A stretch of 64,000 nt of DNA from Burkholderiales bacterium (GTDB taxonomy: Bacteria > Pseudomonadota > Gammaproteobacteria > Burkholderiales > JAEUOS01). The DNA is taken from the NCBI GenBank assembly GCA_031362865.1, contig JANLTH010000008.1, forward strand, positions 193-64,192, given 5' to 3'. A program made the position numbers and the translations under genes. Of this stretch, positions 10,094-19,349 are shown in pieces; position 1 is the first letter of the stretch, and each line of letters starts with the position of its first letter. The notes beneath the pieces were generated by a model, which was given only the letters and a program-made list of their open reading frames with translations, was not told the origin of the DNA and did no database searches.

Positions 10094-10950
10094 TGATCTG
10101 CCCCTTTGCCGGTTTTGCCGAACAAATTGCTCCAGAAACCACCACTTTGATTCCGTGCCTTGGGCAACACCTTGACCTCTTTGTCTCCAATCTTGAGCAG
10201 TATGCCGTTGGGTGCGAGGCGTTGCAGAACCAGGTAGTTGCCGCGCACCACATAGTTGCCGAGAAGCGCTTCACCGTCTTTCTCAGGGAGAAGAAACAGC
10301 GCTGGCATTTCGGACACTTCGGCCATGCGTAACATCGTGAAGCGCCCGTCATCAAACACCTGAAGTGGACGGAAATGGGCGTCGCCTTGCACGTCGTAGT
10401 CCCAATTCATTTTTGAGACGGCTTCGACCGGGGACACGACCGCCGCCTCACGAACCTTGATGTCCGCAGAAGTGATTTCTTCGCGCTTGCGTTCCTCGAC
10501 CTCCTGTGCCAGAAGCACATCCGGGTAGTGCCACGACACGCGCTGGAACCACTTATCCGAGTGCTTGACCGCATGTAGTACTAACTGGTAGCTACGCTTG
10601 CTGGTGACAATCGTTGCACTGGTTGTCACGCCTTCGCGCACCGGCTTGATGAACAAATGTTTCGTTCCAGGGATTTGCTCCCGGACCCACGAGATTGTGT
10701 CGCCCATGATGAGTCCCTTGAAGGTTTCATCACTGCCAATCTCAATGTTGGTGGCCATGCCCGGTGCAGCGTAGACCGGGAAGGTGTTGTTCACATCGTA
10801 GGCATACACCACCAGACGCGGGTCTCCCGGCATGCTGATGGCCTGCGCCTGGGCGTGCGCGTGGTTCACCGGTGCTGACATAACGCCACTGAAAGCAAGA
10901 GCTGCTACCACGAACGGGCGGGCGAGTTTCGACGTTAGGATCAATTTCAC
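10090..10950 (-). CDS. trbG: Conjugal transfer protein TrbG (VirB9 family).
   Basis: Signal peptide and VirB9/CagX-like repeats (VYAYDVNNTFPVYAAPGMATNIEI). GTGA overlap with trbF. Confidence 0.85.
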   Translation of the reverse strand: MKLILTSKLARPFVVAALAFSGVMSAPVNHAHAQAQAISMPGDPRLVVYAYDVNNTFPVYAAPGMATNIEIGSDETFKGLIMGDTISWVREQIPGTKHLFIKPVREGVTTSATIVTSKRSYQLVLHAVKHSDKWFQRVSWHYPDVLLAQEVEERKREEITSADIKVREAAVVSPVEAVSKMNWDYDVQGDAHFRPLQVFDDGRFTMLRMAEVSEMPALFLLPEKDGEALLGNYVVRGNYLVLQRLAPNGILLKIGDKEVKVLPKARNQSGGFWSNLFGKTGKGADQ

Positions 10951-11642
10951 TTGTCCAAGTCCTTATCAATTTGAAAATGGGTAATGAACAGGCCGATTGG
11001 GTTGGCCTGGATTTGCTCGATGTCTTTTGGAGGATCGAAAGCGAAGTGCAAGGTGACGACCTTCTTCTCGACCTTTTCTTCCTGCTCGCGATTGCTGCGT
11101 GTTTTGAGGGCCACGCGGATGACGGCAACCGAATCGGAAACGAATGAGACGCTTAAGACGGATGCCTGCTGGTTGAACGTCCCGTCTTCCGACAACTTGC
11201 CCAAGGGCTTGGTTGTCTTGATGAAATCCAGAAACTCGACCTGTGCCTTGCCGCGAGTGACCGAATGGGCTTCTTTGAGGTAAGTGAGAGAAAGGCCCAC
11301 ATCGACCGTCAGCAACTTTTGAACCCAAGTCGTCAGGAAATAGCGCTTCACCTTGTCGTCGGCCTCCCACTTCTGCACCTTGACCGGATCACCACTGACT
11401 TTTCCAGACGATTCGACTTGGATCACATAGGGGATGCTTTCCTTTAATGGCAGCATGACAATGACCGCCACGGTCATCGACACGGCCCACAGCCCGACGA
11501 TGGTGAACCCTACAAACCACCGGTTGCGTTCGATGTGTGCAGAGCCGTAGCTCTCGAAAAAAGCGCGCCGGGCCGCAGCAAACCTTGCCTCCATCGCAAC
11601 GGGCGGCGCAGAATCTGGGATGGTGGACTTGGAATCTGACAT
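10947..11642 (-). CDS. trbF: Conjugal transfer protein TrbF (VirB8 family).
   Basis: Internal ATG at 11642 gives 231 aa with the single N-terminal TM (RNRWFVGFTIVGLWAVSMTVAVIVML) and periplasmic domain layout of VirB8/TrbF. The longer upstream extension looks non-coding. Confidence 0.8.
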   Translation of the reverse strand: MSDSKSTIPDSAPPVAMEARFAAARRAFFESYGSAHIERNRWFVGFTIVGLWAVSMTVAVIVMLPLKESIPYVIQVESSGKVSGDPVKVQKWEADDKVKRYFLTTWVQKLLTVDVGLSLTYLKEAHSVTRGKAQVEFLDFIKTTKPLGKLSEDGTFNQQASVLSVSFVSDSVAVIRVALKTRSNREQEEKVEKKVVTLHFAFDPPKDIEQIQANPIGLFITHFQIDKDLDK

Positions 11643-11734
11643 GAGCGCAAAATGGTGAGCAATGGACTCATTAAAGCAACGGGGGCTTTCGACAAGAAAT
11701 CGAAAGCCCCCATGAGAAAGGCTGCTTTTTGCAG

Positions 11735-12043
11735 CTAGATCAATGTCATCAACGCTCGTGCCGCATGCCAGGCCGAATGGACGAGTACACCGGCAGAAGC
11801 AAGCAGACCGACCAACACAAAAACCGGTCGCTTCTGTAGCAATACACCCAAGTGCCACGGCCATCGCAAACGACGCTCTTGAACAACGGCATCCACACTT
11901 CGGTCAAACTGGTCACGTTCCACCTGGTTGATCGCAAGTCGATTTTCGAGAAGATTGCCAAGCAACTGAGAATCCTCAGACGATCTGCCGGCTAACACCA
12001 GCAACCGGCAGACCAGCGCACCTTTGCCCGCGAGGAAGCTCAC
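11735..12043 (-). CDS. Small ORF (102 aa, C-terminal TM) occupying the slot where trbK/trbL normally lie.
   Basis: The GTG start overlaps the trbJ TGA (GTGA), which suggests translational coupling. No similarity to TrbL that I can see. Confidence 0.3.
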   Translation of the reverse strand: MSFLAGKGALVCRLLVLAGRSSEDSQLLGNLLENRLAINQVERDQFDRSVDAVVQERRLRWPWHLGVLLQKRPVFVLVGLLASAGVLVHSAWHAARALMTLI

Positions 12044-12840
12044 TTCTTCTCCCCAACGGGTTTGAGCGTCGGGAGGGCTTTGTCCAATAACGATCGCTGT
12101 GCCTTGCCAACGGCCTCGGTGTTCCCTGCCGTTTTCTCTTGCTCGGCGAGCCGGACGGTGCGCTCCTGGGCGATGATGATGTTTTGACTTGCGATGGATT
12201 GGGTCAAACTCGCCAGTTGCGATCCCATCATGTTCAGTTGCGTGTTCGTGAGTTGCTGCTGGGCCTGGTTCCCCAACGCAGCAGGAACCTTCTTGGCCAA
12301 TGACTGAAACGCCTGCACATCGCGCATGGTTTGTTCCATGATCGTCGCATCGCGCTCGAAGACAATGGCATTCCCCTCTTGCAAGGTCTTTGCACGGGAA
12401 ATTTGCGACTGCGCCCAGCCTTCAAGCGACATGTTCGCGCTTGCAGCTTCTTGGTAGCGCCCCTGAATCATGCCGCTGACATCTTTGAGCGAACCGAACA
12501 ACTGTTCCGCCGCCTGTTTCGCCGCCAGAACGTCGCGCAGTTCGTGCAGCGCTCCGCCTAGCGCGTCGTCAAGAACCGACTGTGGAAGGTTCTTGAGATT
12601 CTGAAACATGGTTTGCAATTGCTGCACCTGAGTGACGTACTGCTGAATCTGAGTGGCAGTCTGGCGCACAGATTCGGTTGCGGTGATGGCGTTTTTTGCC
12701 AAATGGGCGATTTGCGTCCACTCCTTGGCGCAATCAGGGCAACCGCCTCCACCCCCGCCACCGCCTCCTCCCGCGTACACAGGAAAGTGAATGGAAAGCG
12801 CGAAGATTGCTACGGTAAGGCGAGTTTTGAGTCGATGCAT
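12040..12840 (-). CDS. trbJ: Conjugal transfer protein TrbJ (VirB5-like).
   Basis: ATG at 12840 preceded by GGAGGA, a signal peptide ending VYA, and a Q-rich coiled coil (QIQQYVTQVQQLQTMFQNLKNL). Confidence 0.75.
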   Translation of the reverse strand: MHRLKTRLTVAIFALSIHFPVYAGGGGGGGGGGCPDCAKEWTQIAHLAKNAITATESVRQTATQIQQYVTQVQQLQTMFQNLKNLPQSVLDDALGGALHELRDVLAAKQAAEQLFGSLKDVSGMIQGRYQEAASANMSLEGWAQSQISRAKTLQEGNAIVFERDATIMEQTMRDVQAFQSLAKKVPAALGNQAQQQLTNTQLNMMGSQLASLTQSIASQNIIIAQERTVRLAEQEKTAGNTEAVGKAQRSLLDKALPTLKPVGEKK

Positions 12841-12948
12841 GGCATCCTCCATAAGATGCCAAGATCATGGACTTGTTCGCCGGAAAGTCACTTATGAAAG
12901 CGCCGATTTTGTCGGCTATATTTGCAGTTTGACCTCTGTTCAAAATCA

Positions 12949-13149
12949 ATGAACTTCATTCAATGCTCACGTTGCGGACATTTCAATGTCCCAAAGGTAA
13001 AGAATTGCGAAAGCTGTAACCCGCGAATCCCGAAGAATTATTTGCTGCGACTAGTGGTATTCCTACTCGCGGCATCAGTCGCCGCTTACTTTATTTGGGC
13101 TATCGACAAGGCTGGTGGCCTTCCAAAATATCTTTACCAGTTCCTTTAG
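12949..13149 (+). CDS. Small zinc-ribbon (CxxC...CxxC) membrane-anchored protein, 66 aa.
   Basis: MNFIQCSRCGHFNVPKVKNCESCNP followed by the TM LLRLVVFLLAASVAAYFIWAI. No clear SD. Its 3' end overlaps the convergent 181-aa ORF. Confidence 0.35.
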   Translation: MNFIQCSRCGHFNVPKVKNCESCNPRIPKNYLLRLVVFLLAASVAAYFIWAIDKAGGLPKYLYQFL

Positions 13150-13620
13150 GTCTGATTTCGCCCTTTTTGGTGTTGGTATCCATCGGAACCCAAACGCTGT
13201 TTCACGCGCTTGATAAGGCAGTTCGTGGCAACGCAATCGGAATGATGGTTGTGGAGACCCGTTAAACCAAGTTTCAATCCACCACTCGTAAACCAAGTTC
13301 GGATCCATTTGATCGACGGCATCGTGCCAGATAAATTGCTGCACTTTCTCGGCAAACTCCCAAGGCGCTGTAAAGGTCAGTTGTGGCGAGTCCGTCGCAG
13401 AATCAAACAAGGTTCCGACCCGTAAGATGCGCACATCCGGGATGCTCGAAATAGCATTCGCGAACTCGTGAACGGCTTTGTCCGTGCGTGACATCAAAAA
13501 AATCATCCAAACCGGCTTGAACGCCCACCAGAACGCCCACCACACCGATCCGGCAATTAACCAATAAATGAGCAACTCAAGAAGAAAGAAGAAAAAACTG
13601 GGGTTTGCGGATGGTTCCAA
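13075..13620 (-). CDS. Hypothetical membrane protein (Trp/Phe-rich N-terminal TM region plus a soluble domain) inserted between trbE and trbJ.
   Basis: TTG start 7 nt after GGAGG, immediately after the trbE stop. The sequence is more AT-rich by eye than the flanking trb genes. Confidence 0.5.
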   Translation of the reverse strand: MEPSANPSFFFFLLELLIYWLIAGSVWWAFWWAFKPVWMIFLMSRTDKAVHEFANAISSIPDVRILRVGTLFDSATDSPQLTFTAPWEFAEKVQQFIWHDAVDQMDPNLVYEWWIETWFNGSPQPSFRLRCHELPYQARETAFGFRWIPTPKRAKSDLKELVKIFWKATSLVDSPNKVSGD

Positions 13621-13623
13621 GGT

Positions 13624-16134
13624 TTAACCTCCAGAAGGTGCTTCGACAGCCTGCCCCGAGACCTCTTCAATGTAATCCCGTTGCCAGTTTGGCGCTTGCC
13701 CGGCATAGTGCCGCTCAAAAACCTTGAGCGCACGCTGATCGGAGCGCAAACAGGCCAATGTCACCGGATCAAAGTCCGCCAGCACCATCCGCGATATCCC
13801 CGGCTTGACGATGTAGTAGTGACTTTTTGGTTGTGCCCACCGGATGCGATTGATCTGCGCATCATTCAGGCCGAACATGGAGCGATACATCTCGGCGAAC
13901 GCATGTGCCTTGTCGTTCGGCAAAAAAATGCGCGTAGGGATGTTGTCGGAGATCGAGGCAAAGATTTGCGATTTAGCAAAGTCATCGAGACTCTGCGTGG
14001 TCAGGATTACGATGCCATTCAACTTGCGCATGGTCTTCAGCCAGTCCTCGACTTTCAGTGAGAACCGTTCATCCTTGAGCAGAAACCACGCCTCTTCAAC
14101 ATAGATGATCGTCGGTTGACCGTTCGCCGCTTTCAGTTTTTTCTCAATGCGGTAGAAGGCGTAATCCATGAACGCACGCGACAGTCGCTCATCGTTGTAG
14201 ATCCCACTCATCTCGAAGCAGGCGAATACTCCGAGGTTGAAACTGTCGGTTTCGTTGTCGAAGAATCGGGCGTGCTGACCGTCGTTTACCCATGCCTTGA
14301 GTTCGTCCTGGAGAACATCGGGCAAGTAGTTATAGAGGCTACGCAAGCGCCAATGGACTGGCCCCAGCTCGAAACAATGCTTGATCGCTTGGGTAATCGC
14401 ATCATCATCAGTGCCCTTGAGCTTGTACTCACGCGATGTAATGAGGTTTTCTATCCATTTCTGCACCCAACTGTGTGCTGTCGGATCGCCAAGCAAGCTC
14501 ATCGGATTGAGAGTCACCGGCTCGGTCTCGGATGCAATGTCGATGCAGTCACCTCCTTGCAGCAAGGTGGAAATCCGGCAAGACGAATTTTTGTCGAAGA
14601 TGTAGGTGTTGATCGGGCCATACTTACGGGCCATCGACAGCAGAAAATTCATCAAAACAGACTTGCCCGCGCCGGAGGGTCCGACAACAAACGAGTGCCC
14701 CAAAGCACCAACATGGAAGTTGAAATAGTACGGTGTTGCCATCTCTGTATCAAATACGGCCAGCGCATCACATCGCTTGCCCAGTTGCTCGGTATAGTGC
14801 TCGTTGATCCGCTCACCGGTCGTGATGGTGCGCAAGGGCGCAAGATCGGCGAGATTGGCGGAACTGACCATATGGGTACGAACCAGCTCAGCCCACCCGC
14901 CCGGAAGCGTTGAAGACCATGCCGACAGCAAATGCAGAGTTTCACGAACTGAAATGAACTGTGATTGACGCACCTGCGCCATTACGTTCTTTAGCGTCTC
15001 TTCACTCTCCTTCAGGGTGCTGCCATAGGCGACAACCGTGATGTTGAAGTAGCCAAATTGCCGATTCTGCGCCGTGATTTCACTGAGCGCCTGACCAGCT
15101 GACTCCACTAACATCGCACGTCCAGGATCAACCATCTGCGATGCCTCGCCGGAAAACAACTCCATCAACCGCGCACGAAGTGGCTTGCTCAGGTTCAAGT
15201 GGAATTTTTGCCTTTGGGTTACATGTGCAATCGCTTGCTCGCGCGAGGCTACCTTGAAGGCAATCGACAGAGTGATTTCGCCGGGCACAGCCAACAACGT
15301 ATCCATCAGGCCGGGTGTGGTCAAATCCGGCCAGCTTTTAATCGAGCATGCCGTAGCAAACTTCGATTCCTCACCGTCAAACCGCAAAAAGTTTGGCCCT
15401 ACTGTGATCGTGTTGTCGGCAAGGTACGAATCCAGATACACAGGTATCGATGGGACGGCAACATCTTGAGATGCACTCGCAGGGCTGATCAGATCATGCA
15501 GCATCCCCAGCATTTCTGACTCAGGCAATCGTCGCAATCCGGCATCCGGGAGCGTGCCTTGCACCGCTTCAGAAGTCTCTGCAAATGCAAGCACCTGCTG
15601 ATTCATTTCGCTTTCAGACCACTGGAACGCACGGGCATTGCTAAAGGAAGACATCAATGTCTCCTTAAACGCTGCCAGTGCGGGCATTCCGGCTTCAGCG
15701 GTGAAATAGTGGAACTTGTCGAAAAATCGTTCCGCACCCTTAGACGGAGCCTGGGTCACAGAAAAATAGTGCCGGTTCTCGAAGTTCCACCCGGCTTGAA
15801 ACCGGTTGCGCCGTTGGGTATCGATCAAGCCAGATACAAAGTCTGGCATGTCCGCATGAGGATACGACGTGGTTCGGCGACGGACAACCGTCCACCAAAT
15901 AGTGTGCCTTTGATCGAGATTTCGCAAGGCATGCTCGGCGACATGCGCGAGTCGGTCGATGTGCGATTGTTCAATGCCGTCTGAGTCGGTGCCCTTGAAC
16001 TCATACACGGCCATCAACGACCCATCCTTGTTGAGCAACGCAGACGGGCCAACGACGGCCAACCAGGGCGCTATTTCGGCGATGGTGCGCGCCTTGCTCT
16101 CATATTTTTTGATGAAGCTGCTCAACCTCAGCAC
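13624..16134 (-). CDS. trbE: Conjugal transfer ATPase TrbE (VirB4 family).
   Basis: 836 aa, Walker A GPSGAGKS, Walker B-like IIYVEEAW, and VirB4 architecture. Confidence 0.92.
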   Translation of the reverse strand: MLRLSSFIKKYESKARTIAEIAPWLAVVGPSALLNKDGSLMAVYEFKGTDSDGIEQSHIDRLAHVAEHALRNLDQRHTIWWTVVRRRTTSYPHADMPDFVSGLIDTQRRNRFQAGWNFENRHYFSVTQAPSKGAERFFDKFHYFTAEAGMPALAAFKETLMSSFSNARAFQWSESEMNQQVLAFAETSEAVQGTLPDAGLRRLPESEMLGMLHDLISPASASQDVAVPSIPVYLDSYLADNTITVGPNFLRFDGEESKFATACSIKSWPDLTTPGLMDTLLAVPGEITLSIAFKVASREQAIAHVTQRQKFHLNLSKPLRARLMELFSGEASQMVDPGRAMLVESAGQALSEITAQNRQFGYFNITVVAYGSTLKESEETLKNVMAQVRQSQFISVRETLHLLSAWSSTLPGGWAELVRTHMVSSANLADLAPLRTITTGERINEHYTEQLGKRCDALAVFDTEMATPYYFNFHVGALGHSFVVGPSGAGKSVLMNFLLSMARKYGPINTYIFDKNSSCRISTLLQGGDCIDIASETEPVTLNPMSLLGDPTAHSWVQKWIENLITSREYKLKGTDDDAITQAIKHCFELGPVHWRLRSLYNYLPDVLQDELKAWVNDGQHARFFDNETDSFNLGVFACFEMSGIYNDERLSRAFMDYAFYRIEKKLKAANGQPTIIYVEEAWFLLKDERFSLKVEDWLKTMRKLNGIVILTTQSLDDFAKSQIFASISDNIPTRIFLPNDKAHAFAEMYRSMFGLNDAQINRIRWAQPKSHYYIVKPGISRMVLADFDPVTLACLRSDQRALKVFERHYAGQAPNWQRDYIEEVSGQAVEAPSGG

Positions 16135-16454
16135 AGCAACCCTCTGCCGTAGCCAACGGGGCGATGGTTGTAGCGTTGCACCGCATGTGGCCAGGGATCA
16201 AGAATATCCGCCTGACGTTGATAACGGATGTAGGCCGTTCGTGTGATCGCATCCTTGCGTGAAAGAGTCCTCAGCAACAAGTGCGTGAAAAAAGCCAGGA
16301 AGATCAAATACCACAACCCCATATGAACACAGACGCTCACGAACAGCACCAAATTGAGGATGAACAGTCGCCACTCCACGCCCATGATGAGCAGGGGCTG
16401 AATCAAGGCTTGGTGGACCACATTGATCCGTCGCTCGTAAGTATCAGCAGCCAA
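16128..16454 (-). CDS. trbD: Conjugal transfer protein TrbD (VirB3 family).
   Basis: About 100-aa membrane protein overlapping trbC and trbE, with the motif ALIQPLLIMGVEWRLFILN. Confidence 0.8.
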   Translation of the reverse strand: MAADTYERRINVVHQALIQPLLIMGVEWRLFILNLVLFVSVCVHMGLWYLIFLAFFTHLLLRTLSRKDAITRTAYIRYQRQADILDPWPHAVQRYNHRPVGYGRGLLC

Positions 16455-16836
16455 GCGCAGATACCCCGAAAATGAATTTCACAAGTGCGGGCGCTGACAC
16501 CGCCAGAGTGCCACCCAGGACAAGTCCCGCCGCACGTGACGCCGACGAACCGGCTTCCCCGAGAGCGAAAAGCAAGCCCGCTACAACTGTCGCCGCGACC
16601 AGCAATCCGATGGCAATTGGTCCAGTGAGCAGCTTAATGGTTCGGCACCATGGCCCAGACCATTCAGCGGGCACGTCCTGTGCCAAAACTTCCGGTGCGA
16701 ACAGCATCAGTGCGACCATAATGAAGATTGACAGCACCGCCTTGTAGAGCAAGACCTCAGTTGCATGAACTGTTGCGAGGTTCAAGACACCAGTGGATTG
16801 GCTGGGAAATCGTAGTTGGATCATGTGAAACACCAT
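16444..16836 (-). CDS. trbC: TrbC/VirB2-type pilin precursor.
   Basis: Small protein with a long leader and two hydrophobic helices, located between trbB and trbD. Confidence 0.75.
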   Translation of the reverse strand: MVFHMIQLRFPSQSTGVLNLATVHATEVLLYKAVLSIFIMVALMLFAPEVLAQDVPAEWSGPWCRTIKLLTGPIAIGLLVAATVVAGLLFALGEAGSSASRAAGLVLGGTLAVSAPALVKFIFGVSALGC

Positions 16837-16849
16837 GTGGTTGAAAGAA

Positions 16850-17893
16850 TTAGTAAGCGCCGTCCTTACGAAAGACAGTCGTCATTTCGTAGGAGCCGTC
16901 GTTGGAAAGTCCGGTAAGCAGCGCGATTTGCTCGGGAAAACGCATGCCCTTCCACTCACTCATTTGCACAATGGTGTGAAAGGTCTGCGCGATCTGAGAA
17001 CGAATGGCAGGCAAAGGGAGATCGACCCCGGCCTGCAAGACGAGGTTTTCGAGCTTGGTTAAGGCAAGGAGCGTGTTGTCTGCGTGCAAAGTACAAAAGC
17101 CACCGGCATGTCCGGTGTTAAGCGCCTGGATCAAGTCGTAAGCTGCGCCGTCACGCACTTCCCCAACAATGATCCGATCAGGGTTGTAACGAAGCGCATG
17201 ACGCACCAGCTTGCGAATCGTGATGTCGCTTTGGGCATTTGCCTCAAAACTGACGTGATTCGGTACAAGCACCCTCAGCTCTGCCGTGTCCTCAATGGTC
17301 AGTACGCGCTCGGTCGAATCGATTTGCGCGAGCAACGCTTTCAAAAACGTCGTTTTGCCGGACGATGTGCCACCGCTCACAATGCAGTTGCGCTTGGTTT
17401 TCACCAGCCAACGCAAAAAGCCCGTCAGGTGTGCTCCACCCTGACGCACCAACGCCAGGTCAGGCATGGCCATCGAGTTGCGTTGGCCTTGTAGCGCCGG
17501 ATCGACACGGAATGAGTCAGCCGCCTCATAATCCGCAAGACTGATGTCACGATCCGAGTGGCGGCGTATCGACAGACTGTCGCCATGCACCGAAAATGGT
17601 GCGAGAAGACCGGCAACGCGAAAGCCCTCGATGCGACTATTCAGTAGAGCGGAATCGTTCTTGAGACTGCTGTCAATGTTTGCAATTCGCGAGAGCAGCT
17701 TGATTGCCGCCTGGACGGAAGTCTGCGGAAGTTTCGCGTCCGCTTGGAAAACTTGACCCGCTCGCTCAATCCAAATCTGGTCGAAGCGGTTGACCATCAA
17801 CTCATTGACGGTCGAATCGCGCATGTACTCGCGGAGCACGCCTAAGGTGTCCATGAGTTGTTTTGTCGCCTGCTCTCGTGCTTGCCGATCCAT
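16850..17893 (-). CDS. trbB: Conjugal transfer ATPase TrbB (VirB11 family).
   Basis: Walker A GGTSSGKTT and VirB11/GspE-type boxes (RIIVGEVRDGAA, GHAGGFCTLHA). Confidence 0.9.
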   Translation of the reverse strand: MDRQAREQATKQLMDTLGVLREYMRDSTVNELMVNRFDQIWIERAGQVFQADAKLPQTSVQAAIKLLSRIANIDSSLKNDSALLNSRIEGFRVAGLLAPFSVHGDSLSIRRHSDRDISLADYEAADSFRVDPALQGQRNSMAMPDLALVRQGGAHLTGFLRWLVKTKRNCIVSGGTSSGKTTFLKALLAQIDSTERVLTIEDTAELRVLVPNHVSFEANAQSDITIRKLVRHALRYNPDRIIVGEVRDGAAYDLIQALNTGHAGGFCTLHADNTLLALTKLENLVLQAGVDLPLPAIRSQIAQTFHTIVQMSEWKGMRFPEQIALLTGLSNDGSYEMTTVFRKDGAY

Positions 17894-18008
17894 GCCAACA
17901 TGTTGTTGTCGGCATGGCGAATGATCGTTTTGAAAGCACTACTTGACGAGCTGACATTCGTGGCTAATCAAGTCGCCAGTGCTATCCAGTGAGCGCCTTC
18001 TGCGGACG

Positions 18009-18035
18009 AAAAAAAACCCGCCGAAGCGGGGTTTT
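18009..18035 (-). terminator. Rho-independent terminator separating the traD operon from the trb operon.
   Basis: The minus strand reads CCCGC-UUCG-GCGGG followed by a run of eight U, about 30 nt downstream of the 18066 CDS stop. Confidence 0.6.
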
Positions 18036-18065
18036 GTCATGATCGCCCCCCCGCGCCAGAATGCC

Positions 18066-18680
18066 CTATACCGCTTTCACGATCACACGAACAAGTAGTG
18101 GCATGGTGATTAGAAGCGACACCCACGCCATACCTGTCAGCGCACCCGGGATCAGGAAAAGCAAGATGCTTGATCCGGCGAGGAAGATTACCCCGTGCGA
18201 CGCATTGAACATGCTCGCCCCACTCCTGACCTGAAAGCCTTGTGCGGCCAATCGCTTCGCACACCATCCGTCGATCCCCGCAGCGATCACCAGTGCCAGC
18301 AGAGCAATGAACCAAGTACCGAACGTCACGGCCCGATAGCACACGCGCAACATGCCGAACCACACGTTCGCAACATAGTTGCGCACAAAACCATCCGCCG
18401 TTTGCTCCGATTCGATCCCGTGAATCGGTTCACGGTACAGCGAGGTTGACCATAGAACGAGATCGCCAATCTCGTTTTCTCGGAAGATACTGACAAACAG
18501 CTTCTCGGCACGCACCTCCAACGCTTGATGCTTTGATTCGCCATGGACGCTAACGTTGTAGCTACGCTCGGCAGGCGGCACACCTCGATCATTGCTGTAG
18601 CTGGGCACTGCCGACCAACTGAAGAGGACCACAATCAGGATCGCCAGCCAAATCAAAATATGCGTACCGACACGCCCCAC
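18066..18680 (-). CDS. ICE-associated polytopic membrane protein (resembles the PFL_4697-type family found next to traD in PFGI-1/ICEclc-class elements).
   Basis: 204 aa with about four TM helices, positioned downstream of traD. The family assignment is from memory and position only. Confidence 0.45.
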   Translation of the reverse strand: MGRVGTHILIWLAILIVVLFSWSAVPSYSNDRGVPPAERSYNVSVHGESKHQALEVRAEKLFVSIFRENEIGDLVLWSTSLYREPIHGIESEQTADGFVRNYVANVWFGMLRVCYRAVTFGTWFIALLALVIAAGIDGWCAKRLAAQGFQVRSGASMFNASHGVIFLAGSSILLFLIPGALTGMAWVSLLITMPLLVRVIVKAV

Positions 18681-18695
18681 AATACTGTCCCGGTT

Positions 18696-19349
18696 CTACG
18701 TAGCAACGGCGAGTGTGGCATTGCCACGACGTTCGACAAATTCGCTGGAAGGACTCAAGGGAGCGCCTCTTCCTTTGACGAACAGGACGTTGAAATCCGT
18801 CGTATCCAGGATGCGCTGCGCAAGGCCATACCGCATCGTGTCTGGTTCGATGACGGCTTTGTCAGGGTACGGCTCGTCCAGCGGCTCGATTCTTCCTGCT
18901 TCGTGCTCACGAATGAACTCAGTTGCCGTGATCTTTAACGGAATCCAGCAAGTCGTCTTGTCGCGATGTACGGCACCCAACCGCTTGTCCAGCAAGCGCG
19001 GTGCAAATTCAATCAGCCCGGCGAGGAAGGCGTAATACTGATCGCCACTTCGCTCCTTGACGGCCTTTTCGTGGGCGGCGATACCACTGCGCAAACATTC
19101 ATGCAACAAAGGCTCGTCGGTGCCCGGAAATTGCGGCGAGACGACTTCAACCAGCAGTTCACACACAACCTCCAAAGGGGGATAGTTGTTGAAGATTGCT
19201 CTTCCCTTCGGATGCAGACCGATGGCTTTGAGGGCCACTGCCAACTCTACCTTCGCCTTTTTCTTCAGATTCACTTCAACACTCACTTTCTTCACCAAAC
19301 ACGCAATGTCTTGCCTCACACCAGAGCAGGTTTTTTTTCTCGCACTCAT
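18696..19349 (-). CDS. Hypothetical soluble protein coupled to traD.
   Basis: ATGA overlap with the traD stop. No motif I recognise. Confidence 0.5.
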   Translation of the reverse strand: MSARKKTCSGVRQDIACLVKKVSVEVNLKKKAKVELAVALKAIGLHPKGRAIFNNYPPLEVVCELLVEVVSPQFPGTDEPLLHECLRSGIAAHEKAVKERSGDQYYAFLAGLIEFAPRLLDKRLGAVHRDKTTCWIPLKITATEFIREHEAGRIEPLDEPYPDKAVIEPDTMRYGLAQRILDTTDFNVLFVKGRGAPLSPSSEFVERRGNATLAVAT

